Shown in pieces: positions 1-12,855 of a stretch of 64,000 nt of DNA; the stretch's first letter is position 1, and every line of letters begins with the position of its first letter. Position numbers and translations under genes: made by a program. The notes under the pieces are model-generated. The model saw only the letters and a list, made by a program, of their open reading frames with translations. It did no database searches and was not told the origin of the DNA. The DNA is from Marsupella aquatica (lineage: Eukaryota; Plantae; Marchantiophyta). The stretch lies in contig OZ316899.1 in the NCBI GenBank assembly GCA_973895155.1, positions 10,166,287 to 10,230,286 of the forward strand. The letters are read 5' to 3'.

Positions 1-2550
1 GGGGAGAACTCACGTTGAAAATGGTGGCCACTTGGGTGACCAATCCTACCTCCACCACCGCCATCCCTCTTTCTGCTGTCAAGGATGTTGAGTATAAGGG
101 CTTCCTGGCCAAGGTGCATCAACGGGTTCTTGGCAACGTGCAATCCGGAGTGCTGAATGAGGAGCATTTCGTGGTAGCTATGGACATCAAGAACTACCCA
201 GCCCATGTGTACGGATGGTGGTGCTACGGATTGAAGAAGCTATTGGCCGCTGAGCCCGGGAGTGTGAAACCAGGTGGGGCTGTACATTTGATGGGGTCAT
301 TTGTATTGGCCAGGGCAGAAGGGTTGATTGGTTCTCCGGGGCATGAAGACACGGGATCATCTCTCACCACGGAGATCCGGAGTATTGCCACTACCGTTTT
401 AGGGAAGCTCACGGAGGAATCATTGTCTGCTGGTGGGGAGGATAATAGAGAAGAAGAGAACCAGGAGGATGATTGCACATTGGAGTGGCTTGAATCACTC
501 GTGGGAGATCCGAAACAGCCTCTGGAATACAACATTCCGGATGTTTACTTGGCAGAGCTACGGGATTTCAGAGAGGGAGTCCACGAGGGACTCAAGCTAG
601 TCCACGCATTGAGGGAGTCTCTCAAGCACGCCACAGTCAAAGTAGAGACGTTAGAGCAGAGCATCCTGTCACTGAAGGAGGTGATCAAGACCAAGGAGCA
701 GACCATTCATGAGAAGGTCAGGCACATCAATGCAGCTCACGTAGAGATCACCAACTTGAAGGGAGCTTTGTCCACCAAGGCCAAGGAAGCAGAAGAAGTA
801 GGAGCGTTGAGGCAAGCATTGGCCAAAGAGAAGCAAAATTCTGGAGAAGTGATGGAGTGGAGGAACCAGGTGGGAGCACTACGGAGTCAGGTGGCAGCCT
901 TTGAGACACGAGCGAAGAGAAGTGAGGCCCTGAGTCTAGGGAAACGGAAGAGTCCCGGCACACCTGGCTCCACACTTTCCCCGGATGTGATCTCCCAAGC
1001 TATCGAGATGGTGGTGAAGGAGGTTAGTGGGAAGTATGGACCCTTGTTGGATGGAGCCAAGAAGAGTCAGGAGAAGAGTAAGAGCTTGGAGAAGAAGCTC
1101 CGGGAGGTACGGAAATCGTTACGGGAGGCTCAGGTCAGTACGGGGATGCCACCCAGGTCTGTCACCCCCGGGACTCCCATGGCCACGGGGCAAGTTCTAC
1201 CGTTGGAGTTGCGGTCCAGAGAAGAGGCTACCCTCTGGAAGGACACAATTGGTGAGGGGTACATCAAGGCGTGGCAGGCCTTGGCTGCTTTGAGGAAGCG
1301 CGGGAGCAGCAGCACTAAGAGTACTCCGTCGAAGAAGAAGAAAAGTACGGTGGCACTCACTCCCGTGAGTGATGAGGAGGAGGACCACTCACGGGGCACA
1401 AGTCCGGGCACCGAGAGCGAAGAAGAAGAGGAGGATTAGATAGGCGTACGGACGTGGGTGTACGGCCTCCAGATTTCCAACATTTTAGTGGGGGGTCACT
1501 CATGGGCTTGTTGGGATGAGCTCGCGGAGCTGATTCCAACAAGAGGCGGCGCTCCTCAAACGGAGCCAGGATGAGCAAGTTATGGCCTGGAGAACTTATG
1601 TTTTTGCGGTACGGAAACGGCCATAACTCAGGCGTCTGAAGTCCGTTGAGGGAGCGACTTAGTGATTCGGAAGCAGGAAAAGAAGAGCTATCCAGGGGTG
1701 AGCTCAGGTGTGCACTTGGAAGGGCACCTAGTTTCGGCCATTTTGGGGTGCCTCTCACTTTCAGGGTTCACGTGTACTGTTGGGGCGCCGTCGAAGGCAC
1801 CGTCGGCCCCCTTGTTTTGGGTTTAGGGTTTTAGCAGCATGTGTGTGCCGCATGCTCCTCTTCAGTTTAAGGATTTCTCTTAGTGCAAGGTTTTAGCGGC
1901 GCCGCTAGGGTAGCCGCCACCGTTGTGACCCTGTGAGGGGTGCTTTGGTGTGATTTTTCAGTATTTAGGGGGATAGCCCCGAAGTAGTTAGGGGGACTCA
2001 GTGTGAAGTTAGCAAGGAGGGATAGAGTGGAGCCTGAGGAGTTTGAAAGCGTGTTCAGAGTAGTGAGGGGGAGCCATACTCATTGTCCGGAGAGGCAGGA
2101 GTTGAGTAGACGGCAGGAGGCCGGGTTACTCATGCAATGTGTATCGTTTTTCCCAAGAGATATGGATCTGTACATTTGACTTGATGGGCTTTTGTTGTGT
2201 GTTCCTTCTCCCTTTTTCGCTTTCCGAATTGTGTTCTCCCGTTCTATGATTTGAAGAAACTTGCTTGGTTTGAGTCGGCCTTGTGAGTAGGGGTGGTGAC
2301 AGCACTCTTTGGGTGACTCCGAGTGAAGGTGTAGTGGGGTAGTCGGCAGGACTTGATCAAAAGCTGTGGGGTGAGGGTAGTCGGTAGACTTGATCAAAAC
2401 CTACATTTCCGGGAGCGGAAACCAAAATACTCATCCTGGTGTGAAAAGAATCCAAATAGCGTCCCTCCACGACCCCGTAATACGATACCAACGGTTTAAG
2501 CGAAGAAAAGTGCGGTTTGCACGTATTAACCGTTGGAGAGGCAAGTGACA
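1..2550 (+). mobile_element. Probable 3' part of a long ORF-bearing LTR (family B) inserted in CACTA-1
   Basis: ORF followed by ~1.1 kb non-coding DNA with a telo-box, ending ...GGCAAGTGACA at 2550. AGCGTCCC lies ~90 bp before this end, versus ~105 bp in the family-A LTR. Composition shifts to AT-rich after 2550. The other end is not visible. Confidence 0.4.
15..1439 (+). CDS. Retrotransposon accessory-type protein (coiled coil, basic/acidic tail); 5'-truncated by window edge; probably inside an LTR of a second family
   Basis: 474-codon open frame. Heptad-rich central region, KKKK patch and acidic C-terminus. Same overall design as the LTR ORF at 36663 onward. Confidence 0.6.
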   Translation: MKMVATWVTNPTSTTAIPLSAVKDVEYKGFLAKVHQRVLGNVQSGVLNEEHFVVAMDIKNYPAHVYGWWCYGLKKLLAAEPGSVKPGGAVHLMGSFVLARAEGLIGSPGHEDTGSSLTTEIRSIATTVLGKLTEESLSAGGEDNREEENQEDDCTLEWLESLVGDPKQPLEYNIPDVYLAELRDFREGVHEGLKLVHALRESLKHATVKVETLEQSILSLKEVIKTKEQTIHEKVRHINAAHVEITNLKGALSTKAKEAEEVGALRQALAKEKQNSGEVMEWRNQVGALRSQVAAFETRAKRSEALSLGKRKSPGTPGSTLSPDVISQAIEMVVKEVSGKYGPLLDGAKKSQEKSKSLEKKLREVRKSLREAQVSTGMPPRSVTPGTPMATGQVLPLELRSREEATLWKDTIGEGYIKAWQALAALRKRGSSSTKSTPSKKKKSTVALTPVSDEEEDHSRGTSPGTESEEEEED

Positions 2551-3016
2551 GCCATGTGATAACCTGCAAACATCCCATATAGTCACGTATTCAAACTTAT
2601 TTGTCTCACTATCATAGCGTATATAGGATGTATAAAGTACAACCCTCATCACACTACTTGATCCCAATCTTGTTGGAAAAATGCATGGTTTTCATGTGAT
2701 GACTATTGTATGTGATTCAAATGCATGAAATGTTGTTGCAGATCTTTTTTGGTGAATCACAGCCACAAAATTGAGGTGCTGGTGGAGCAATTGTACTAGG
2801 AGATCAGTTTTGTGTGTGGGCTCAACAAACCAAAAGTATGTCTGCCCGGCATCCTTGTGTGGCCATTGCAATTCATTGCAGTATAAGTTGCCGTTGTACC
2901 TTCAAGTCTAAATTTTACTTTCTGTGAAGTCTGCTAAAATATATTGTCTGTAAAGTCTGCCAAAATGTATTGCCTGTACTGTCTACTTAATTGTACTGTC
3001 TGTCTCATGCGTAGGC

Positions 3017-3697
3017 ATGGCACGCCCCAAAATTCCAGCAAAAAAGCGTGTGATAGAGGTGAGCAACATAGGTGTACCTAGGCCACACGTTACTAACTTC
3101 TCTGCAAGTCAGATTTTCCAGAAGGCAGCTCATTGTTATGCCATTTGTGACGATGGTGGGAGCTTGGTCATCTGTGAGGGCCCTTGCATGAGGCATTTCC
3201 ACCTCAACCCGGAGTCTCACCTTGCTGCAGAAAACAACTGTCCAAGGGTGGGCCTCCCGTCAACACACCAGGGAGACTAGATGTGCACTGATTGTTTGGA
3301 GAAGCAGGCTAAGTGTGCACAGTGTGGGAAGTTGGGGTCCTATGAGGGCTCTGTTGATGCTGCACCGGATGTTAGGAAATGTCCAGACCATTTTTGTGTG
3401 AGGTTTTTCTGTTTTGAGTGTTTGCCTGCTCATGCCACAGCTTGCCCACTTCATAGGTGCAAGGCATGTGGTGAGCATGATGATGAGTACTGGGCTGACA
3501 TAGTCCACTATGCTAGGTGTCCCACTATGTGGCACTATCATTGCTCAAAAGATCGTCAAGCAGAGGGTTATGCTTGTGACAGATTAATCTATGATCACTC
3601 TACACATGGTGTTGATCGATGGATATTTTATTGTCATCGCCATGCCATTGATCCTACCTCGCGCACTCCTGTGAGAGATCACATATCTTGGCTGTGA
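3017..3697 (+). pseudogene. EDM2-like composite PHD-finger protein (one in-frame TAG at 3278-3280)
   Basis: AICDDGG..CEGPCMRHFH, CTDC..KCAQCGKLGS, CPLHRCKAC, RCPTMWHYHC, IFYCHRHAID...TPVRDHI. Order and motifs match the plant EDM2 PHD array as I recall it. Confidence 0.8.
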
Positions 3698-4332
3698 AGC
3701 TGAACATTGTACATGCACAGGGCACCTGATGTGGATGTACTATTTTTTGGGGATTGCAGAGATTCCAATTTTGAAAAGGAGTTGGGTAGGCAAGTTTGTA
3801 TAGGCAGCAGTTATCCTGTGCTCTGGCGTCAGTGGCTGGGTACATGCCTATAAAAACTTATCCTTACAAGCCTTCTTGGAAGTATTTAGGCTGAGTTGTC
3901 ATTTTCACAAACACTCTCATCAGACTACTAAATTAAAACAGGACTTCAAAGTTGTAAGCATATAAATTATCAGGCATGCAATTAATCAAATTACCCTATA
4001 ACTTTGTCATTGAATGTATCCTCCTTTACAACAAAATATGTATGTGCGGCCATGACAAGTTGGTTGCACTTCATTTCACCTTTGATATGGATTTCCTAGT
4101 ATATACTCAAACAATGTCTTGCATCGGTGCAGGTGCCTAGTACTTATTGTTCACATATCCCCTGTACCTATCAAAATTGGACTTGAGCAATAGTGGACCG
4201 GATCAACTTAAAAAGCAGGAATTTTGGTGTCCTTCTATTGGCAGGTGAACCCACTCTTCCAATATTCACTCTGATCACGTAGGGTGTGTGTACATGGAGC
4301 CTGGGAAACGTAGAAAGTGTGACCACCCAACA

Positions 4333-5165
4333 GTGTTTACAGGGGTCAGAGCCATTTTGGTCCATGGCCAGCATGGGTTGACCAAAGTGCATTGGCCAAC
4401 TGTACAGAAATGATTCTCTGAGCTCCATGGCACTGTAGTGCAAGACATCACTCTAGAGACCATACATGTTGTTGCAGGGACATGGCTATCAGTGATAAAG
4501 AAATGGTCATGGTCCTACATGAATTCTGCAATTACTGAGCGAGGCCTAAAAGTAGTTGAGGCCTCTTGGATCACAGATTTCATAGCACATCAGATTGTAC
4601 AGGATACTGAGCAATATGAACTGTGGGAGGATGAAGAAGCTACTGCATCAGCTTGGGCTGAACAAGAAGTTTGGGAAGCAAAGGCACGGCTTGCTGATGT
4701 CCAATATGGACCTGTACTCAACAAAGGACAAAGCTCAAGAAGGCTGAAGAGTATGTTGGCTGAGGAGATGAAGCAACCAACCCCCATTCTGAAAGGGCTG
4801 AGCATGGTTTTTGTGGAGGCGGGAATTGGAGAGGTTAAGTGCAAAGTGTACAAGTCCATAGTGCTTGACCTAGGTGGGACAGTGGAGGAGAATATAACAG
4901 AGGACACCACTCATGTCATTCTAAGTCATATCCCAAAGCCTGCCGCAAGTTTGGGAAGGGTGACATTCGCTTTTATGTCATGTCCCATAATGTGTTTGTG
5001 GTTTCATATGCTTGGCTTGTGGAATCAGTAGCAGCTGGGAAGCGTCAAAACCCAATGGACTATGATCTTTTTGAGGCCTGGCCACGGAAGGGTCAGGATC
5101 CTCATAGTGAAAACTATGTGACAACAAGTGAGGAAGAGGTTATTAGCGATTCTGAATCAGAGTGA
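4333..5165 (+). pseudogene. Tandem BRCT-domain protein (stop at 4411-4413, frameshift near 4980)
   Basis: BRCT1: VFTGVRAILV...HGTVVQDITLETIHVV...VVEASWITD. BRCT2: ILKGLSMVFV...LGGTVEENITEDTTHVI...VVSYAWLVESVAAGKRQNPMDY. Confidence 0.75.
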
Positions 5166-5251
5166 GGAGTACGTAGTAGCATCAGTTTTGAGACAAGCTT
5201 TGTGCACAAATCACATCTTTGAAATAAATGTGATATTTGAACTAACGTAGC

Positions 5252-5720
5252 TTGTTATGGTTGGTCGCAGTTGGACTTATTTTACTGTTGGTGGATTGTG
5301 GTTTCTTGCTGCCTGGGGGTGTCACTATAAACTTACTGGGTGGGCTGAAATCTTGGCGGCAGACTTTGGTGGGTATGTTGCGTTTCCTACATCAACAGGC
5401 GCTATGTAGGCTCCTCCTCCGGGTTGCCACATGGCTGGCCACTGTTTGGACTCTCCTGCATGGGTTGGTGTTGAAACATATTTCAACACCACCTGAGGAT
5501 GCAAGAGACGATGAATCTTATTTTTCAGCAGATGAAATTGAAGAGCAGAATGTTGTGGGGACTTCCTTGTTGCCTGGTTTTCCAGATGATATAATGCTGT
5601 CAGATGTGTGGCCCATAATTCTTTTGTGGTCAACCGCACAAGACATTTGCAAATATAGACTAATGGAGGGACTTGGTAGCTAGCTCCCCCCAGTGGAGGG
5701 CATTAGAACCACTTCTTGTA
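5252..5720 (+). pseudogene. F-box-like protein with hydrophobic N-terminus, frameshifted
   Basis: SLLPGFPDDI..DVWP motif, then WRDLVASSPQWRAL in another frame. Same motif set as the genes at 34578 and 35879. Confidence 0.55.
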
Positions 5721-6234
5721 GGCACAGATTGAACCCCACCCTGGTATGCCCAGGGCATACTCCTTGATGACCTGATGTACATGCCAGTGTACCTCAGGTG
5801 TGACTACCATCGAGAACAGGGTGGGTATCCAGATGAACTCTGGTAATAACATGAGGAGATCTCATACTGCTCTCACACCCAGGCACGTTTGTCTATGACT
5901 ATAGGTGATTGGACTCTGATATGGTCATGGATGTACGTGCTTGGTTGGCCATTGCAGACTGAGGCAGTATAAGTGAGGACAGCGAAGGAGGTGACACCCT
6001 AAGACAGTTAGGAATTTTGTTATAGTGTGACCTGAGAATAGGTACACAATTCAGGAACCTTTCTTGTTTTTTTTGGTGGTTGTAGAAAGTCTATGCATGA
6101 TTTATTACACTGTATCATGTCATATGTTTTGGTAGATAGTGTGAACATCGGAACACAACTAAACAAGAAATGTATTTTCCACTTTCATAATGAAATGACA
6201 ATTAAATCTGAGTGCCTGTGTTCTGAACTCTAAG

Positions 6235-9200
6235 ATGGAGTCTAGAAGAGTGTCCATAGGTCACCCTCCCCCTTGGACCCATCCAACATCTACCAGGTTG
6301 CCTCTACATCATCCAATGAGGGTTTCCCAACACGACCAGAAGCTCTGGAATCGGGAACAGGCCAAAGTGGCACGGTCAGGTCCAAGTTCACGAATGAGAT
6401 GTCCTTGCACTCAATGCAATGGCTCCCACACCAGAATCTTGAGGCAGATTCATGGGCACTTGGCAATTCATGGGAGACACCCTCGTTGGCATGTTACAAA
6501 CGATCCGAATAAGGCTGATTCTTCAGATGAGGAATGGAGGCCTGACTTTGAGAATGCAAATAGTGCAAGGCGAGACCAGTTCTTCACTGGTGGGTTGGCA
6601 GATGTGATGACTCAACTGGGTGGGTCCAAAGTCCTTCAGCAGCCTGCAGACAAAGGGATCAATGTTCAGCAAATGGTGCAGGATATTTTCCACGACATGG
6701 ATGCAATGCGGGAGGACATGGAAGATGCAGAAGAGTTTGAGACCGCACCGGGTGATGACCACGAGTCTTCAGATGAGTTTGAGATTGGGCAACAGGCTAC
6801 AACTGGAGAGGACACCATGTTTGGCTCCCCAACCGAAGTTCAGGAGGCCTTCAATCCGCTGTTCCCAGGAAGCAATTGTTCCAAATTAGCATTTGTGCTA
6901 ATGTTTCTGAATATTTGTGGGAACCACATTGTGCCAAACATCTTTGCGTCCGAGGTTCTGGCCTTCTTGCAGAAAATAGTGCTGCCAGGAGGTAATCTAG
7001 TGCCAAAAAACATGTACGAGGCAAAGAGACTGATATCAAAACTTGAGTCAATACATGCCTGTCCTGATGGGCATGTTCTTTTCAGAAACGAACATCAGAA
7101 GAAGTTGACATGCCCTACATGTGGGAAGCACAGGTACCGGACCAATGGGAAGTCCAAGCAACCTACGAAAGTACTCCGTCACTTTCCTATAATTCCCAGA
7201 CTGCAGCGAATGTTCAGGAGCCGTGCCATATCAGAGTTGATGCATGGACAGCTAAGAACAAAAGTCAAGATGGGCTTCAACGCCATGCTGGAGATTCAAA
7301 GCAATGGAAGTTGATTGATGATGCGTATCCTGAGTTTGCTAGGGAGACAAGGAATGTTAGGCTTGGGTTATCATTGGATGGGGTGAACCCATTTGGCGAG
7401 AAGAACAATGCGTACTCTTGTTGGCCTGTAACCCTTTTGAATTACAACCTTCCCCCATGGTTGACTACAAAGCGGTTCTTTGTATGTTGGCATTGTTGAT
7501 TCCAGGGCCAGACAGTGCTGTTGCAGCCAATATAGATGTGTATCTCGCTCCTCTAGTAGAGGAACTGAGAAAGCTATGGTACACTGGAGTGCTCACATAT
7601 GATATGCTGCAGAGGATTGGTGAAGCCAATCCATTCTTGCTTAGAGCTATTGTAATGTTGACTATTGCAGATTACCCCGCCCATAGCATGATTGCAGGCC
7701 AGGTTGGGAAAGGATATTTAGCTTGCACAAGATGTGGCCCCCATGTGACAAGTGACTATTCAAAGTCCTTGAAGTGTATCAAATACCTTGGTCACCGTCG
7801 ATTTCTGCCCTCTGATCACCCTTACAGACGTAGACCCAATCTTATAGCACATTTTAACAAGCGCACGGAGCTCCGCAGTCCCCCACCTCAAGTGAAGAAG
7901 GAGCAAATAAGTTCTTGGGGGGCTGCCAAGGCACAGTATGATGCAGATGGAGGAGCAAAGGATGGAGTGCGGGATCCTGCAAGGTTGTATGGTGTGAAAC
8001 GACAGTCCGTTTTGGACTTGCAGCTCGAGTATTGGCGAGTAAGCTCCTCTCCCCAACAACCCATATATGTGATTCAGTCAATTTAGTTGTTAGATTGTAT
8101 GAAGTAGTATGTATGTATTATGAAGATTGAGATTCGCTCACTGCTTGATGTTTTGGAGTTGCAGGAGTTTGATCCAAACAAACATAATATTGATGTTATG
8201 CACATAGAGAAGAACATATGCGAACATATGCGAGAGTCTACTCCAATTTTTGAGTGGAGAAAAGGACACGGGCTCTGTACGTATGGATCTACAGGACAGG
8301 GGAATTTGACCCCACCTTTGGCTTACAACACACCAGAGCAGGGCAAATGTGTTTTTGAAGTACCAAGCACCATATTGTTGCACAGACATAGAGTGGCAGA
8401 CCTTCTTATCAAGGTTGAGTTCACTCCGAGCTCCTACAGATTATGCTAGTGCATTCACGAGGCATGTGAAGGATAACAAATTCCAATTTGGTAGGATGAA
8501 AACCCATGACTACCATGTCATGATGCAACAAGTCCTGCCATTGTGCCTGAGGGGCCTCATGCAAGAGCTTGTGCATAAAGTTATACTGTGTCTGAGTGAT
8601 GTGTTCCGCGGAGTTTGTGTGAAGGTGTGGGATGCTGCACAGTTTCCCCAATTGAAGAAAGATGTGGCACTATTGTTGCGCGATCTTGAAATATATTTCC
8701 CGCCTGCATTCTTTGATGTAATGACTCATTTGCTCATCCATGTTGTGGAAGAAATAGACCAGTACGGGCCGGTGACAGCACGCTGGTTGTACCCCCTGGA
8801 GCGGTACATGAAGTTGATGAAGGGTCATGTGCAATCTTACTATAGGCCAGAGGCAAGTATGGCTCGGGGTTATATAAAAGTTGAAACTCTGGGCTACATC
8901 ACAGAGTACCTAGCAGATTACGAGCATGTGACAAGGCGAGTATGGAATTCTGATGAAGAAGAAGGGGTTTCTGGGGAAGTCCTACAAGGTGCTGCAACCA
9001 CAGTGAAGCTGACCATCGAAATTAGAGACTTGGCTCATCAGTACGTTCTAGAAAACACTGATGCAATGCAACCCTGGCTGGAGTGAGTACCTACTTTGGT
9101 CTCCCTGTATGTAACTTGTTTTCAATTTTCTTTGCTACCCTTGGTTTCTAAATTGCAGACATGTATAGAATGTGTACTCTGATTGCTAAATCCATGCACT

Positions 9201-9980
9201 TATATGTGTAGGGAGTACGAGGCACAGAAGGCTATTCAATCAAGCACGTCTGCCACATTCCCATGCATGTCAGAATGGCTGAGATGCACAGTTTGAGAGC
9301 ATCATGCAAGCCATCCTAATATGGATGCAGATGTCTATCTCCTGTCCAATCCTCCATGGTTGCTGGTAAAGTCTTACAAACGGATGGCAACATATGGCAA
9401 TCACTATAGAGTGAGAGATGAAACAACTTCTTCCAGGGTAACATATGATTGCAGGCTCATTTGTGTATTTCAGCATGAGAGCCCTGATGAAAGTAGAGGA
9501 GTGTTGCAAATGGGGTATGTAGGAGAACTAAGTGATATCTGGCTTCTTGACTATGGAGCCACATCCACTCCTGTAATTTTGATGAAGGGTGAATGGGTAA
9601 GACAAGTGTGGCATGGTAACATGGCCAGTATGAAAAGAGACCGGGATGGCTTTCTGCTTGCCAATTTCAAGTCCAAGTTGCCCGAATGGGAGCAGCCTTT
9701 TCTGTATCCTAGTCAGGTGGAGTAGGCCTTCTTCTTGGATGTGGAAGAGAACCCAGGTTGGAGGGTAGTGTGTCATAAGCAGCCCAGAAATTGTAGGGTA
9801 GAAGGGTCAAAGCTAGAGTTTCATTTAGATAGACATAGTGCATTTGAACAACCACGTATTGGAGACATTGGTACTGTTCAAACAAGCACAGAGTATGTTC
9901 CTCTAACATGAGTGGATGCTTGGGAGCGTGAGGAGCCATTTGTAGAGGCTGAGCCGGACACCATGCGTATGCAATAATGT
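6235..9980 (+). pseudogene. CACTA TnpD-like transposase (transposase-associated Zn domain, Transposase_21, DUF4218, DUF4216), decayed, with introns
   Basis: MRCPCTQC..HL..HG; IHACPDGHVLF; LRHFPIIPRLQRMF; RNVRLGLSLDGVNPF; YNLPPW; DVMHIEKN; MKTHDYH; FPPAFFDVMTHLLIH; WLYPLERYM; QPFLYPSQV. Several frameshifts. Confidence 0.93.
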
Positions 9981-10229
9981 TTGTCATTGAATAGGATGGA
10001 AGAAGATGATGATGAGATGAGTGAGTCTGAAAAGCAAGCCATGATACGTGCAACATATGTTGATGAGAGGCTGGCAGCTTTGGGAGCTGAGCTCAGACAG
10101 GGATTTTCCGCTTTGTAAGGGAACAATTATCATCCACAAAACCTATCCAGACTTTGCTCATTAATTGGAATGAATGTAGCTATGTTTACTAGAGTTGTTC
10201 AATGGATGTTGCTTTTGGATGGCATGCAG

Positions 10230-12855
10230 GCTCCCAGACAGGAGAAGTGTAGTGTAGAAAAGGGCTAGGCAAAGCATCAGTGACAGTGCAAGTTGACACC
10301 GGCGATGCAGTGAGAGACTAGCAGTGAAGGACATTCCATTGATGGTAGATTCTGCAGATGATGGGCAAGATGTTGGGTCCGGTGAAAACCATAAGGAATT
10401 TGATGATGTAGAGTACTATCCAGAGGAGGAGCCCGATGCAGATGATGAAGAATATGGGCAGGGCAAGCATACTGTCGTGGAGCCCAACAAAATTGTGGTA
10501 ATGAAGTGTTGAAGTAGTGTATCACAGTAGTGATATGTTTGGCTCATGTGAGTGTGGCAAGTCAGAGGAAGATACTTCTTTTAGGTTTATTGTCCTTGCA
10601 CATATGTTCTTGCAGGCTAAGAGAGGTGGACTTGCTGCTCGGGGTATGGGCCGTGGGCACAGTACAACAACATCTGGAGGGCAAAGCACAGTGCATTACA
10701 TTGCACGTGGGTCCAGACCAGTGGGGCGTGTTGGGCACATACCACCTCCACCTCCAAGTAAAACCCAACAGAGCAGTGGGTATGGAACAACAACTGTTGG
10801 TGTAGGTGGTCACACTGTTATGTATGGAGCTACACCACATGGTGGGCACATCCCACCCTCCTTTGCAAGTAGAGCAACAACACATACCCACAGCACAGGT
10901 GCAGGTCAGGTTAGAGCAACCCCACGCAACGAGGGGTACACTGTGGTGTATGGCGCACCACCAACACACAATGCACCCTCTCAGGGGAGAGAAGCCCCAC
11001 AAGTGGATGGGTATGGGCCACCACCACCTGCTGGGCACACTGTTGTGTATGTTATGGGTCCCCCCACCACCACACATTACACGGGGCCAAGGTAGACCAA
11101 CACAACATACTGAGCAGTATGGAGCAACAGGAGACGAATGGAGATGTGAGTAGGGATTGCCCTTCAATTCTGGCATTTATGTAAATTACTTTGGAAATAT
11201 ATAAAGGGTATGCTAGTGTGATGTTAAAGACCTAATTAAAGTGCTAAATTATGTGACTGTAGATTCTATCCATCCTGATTGGGGAGTAATTGACAAGGAG
11301 GTTTACTATGAACCTGAAGTAGAGGCAGGACAAGGGACAACTGTAGCCTATGGTTCTGAGCAATGGCCAGAGTCTGATTGGTTGGCTGATGGGGAAGATG
11401 TACAGGTAGTTGAGCCTGCCTCTTATCCACAGAGTGTCGGCAAAGCATCTGGTAAGTTACACTTATGAAACAATAAACAATACTTGGCTGGGAGATGGGC
11501 ATTCTGTGAAGATGGTCACGTTGCAAGTTAGATTGCAATTGGTATCCACTATTTGACATATACATTCAAAGGTATTGATGTTACTATTGTATGATGTCAC
11601 ATGAATGTGGGATGATGCAGGGGGCATTAGAAGTCCACTAAAGGGTAGTACAAAAGTTCCAGCAAATCCTAAACCTATCACACAAAGCAGTACCACAGAA
11701 AGCAATGCAGGACCTGACCAAACCAAGAAAGGAGTAGTGGACATTGGGAGCAACTGTTGGGTGAACAGTGCATCTGCAGGGAAGAATCGTTGGTTGGCTG
11801 ACTTGAAAGGTGAAATATTGCGATGGCTGGATTTGAGTGTGGTGAATTTTGTGCAGCAGCATCCAGCGGATTGGCAACAAGTTGTTGACAATGTAGCCGC
11901 AAAATGGAAATATGTGGGCCATCCGGATGGAGTAGCCATGGAGTGTCTTCAGGCTCATGCAAAGACAATTCTGAAGAATGAGAGGTGGAGATTGCACGTG
12001 TTGTTTCAAGACGGTGGAGAGGACCAAAGAATGCCTGCTCCCCCATTGACAGATCCTCTTCAATGGAGCAAGCTAGTCCATCACTTCTTGAGTAAATCCG
12101 GCAAGAGTAAGAGTTCCCAGATGGCATATGCACGTGGCAACGTTCAGAACCTTAACTTGACAGGAAGGAAAGGGAATGCTCCGATAGTAGAGCAACTGGT
12201 AAGAATAATCGTTGGATTGGCAGACCTAGCTTCTACAGTACTAGTGTATTTGAGTTTTTTTGTGTCCAAGCAAATAATGTGTGAAAATATGATATATGCA
12301 GAAGGCACAAAATGGACAGTCCCCCACAAAAGAAGAGGTGAGAGCTGAAGCAAGAAAATAGAAGCAAAAATCTGGCCATAGTGATCCTTCAAACCAAGTG
12401 AGTACTCATACCAGATAGTGTTCTTTGAGGTCCACATTCCCTAGTTTGCATGAACAATGGGACCATATATTATTTTCCGGGTGTAATGGATTGACTTTGT
12501 TGGACATATGTGTTGGCAGGGAGGTGGATCATGTTCTCTTAGCAATTTATCAGATTGTGTGAAATGTATGGAGTCTCATGAGAATGATGTGACCGTGAAA
12601 TTGAGTGAAATGGCAAGTGAGTTGACTGCTTTAAAGGAAGATGTTCAGAAGCTTATTTGTGTGCAAGAAGACCAATACAAATGTATAATGAATGCAATAT
12701 GGTATGGAGGTTCTAGAGACCTGCCACATTACTCCAATTTGATGAATCCAGAGGATAACATTGAACAGCAAATAGAGGTGGAGCCCACAGAAAGGGATGT
12801 GGAGGGTACCATGGCCCCAGCAATGGAAGGTAAGGTTTCTCATATGTTTCCATGA
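10230..12855 (+). pseudogene. CACTA-1 TnpA-like gene, 5' exons (Transposase_24/Ptta-like exon at 11605-12198)
   Basis: WSKLVHHFLSKSGKSKSSQMAYAR...TGRKG followed by a GTAAG donor. Low-complexity upstream exons. Lies downstream of TnpD in the same orientation. Confidence 0.7.
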
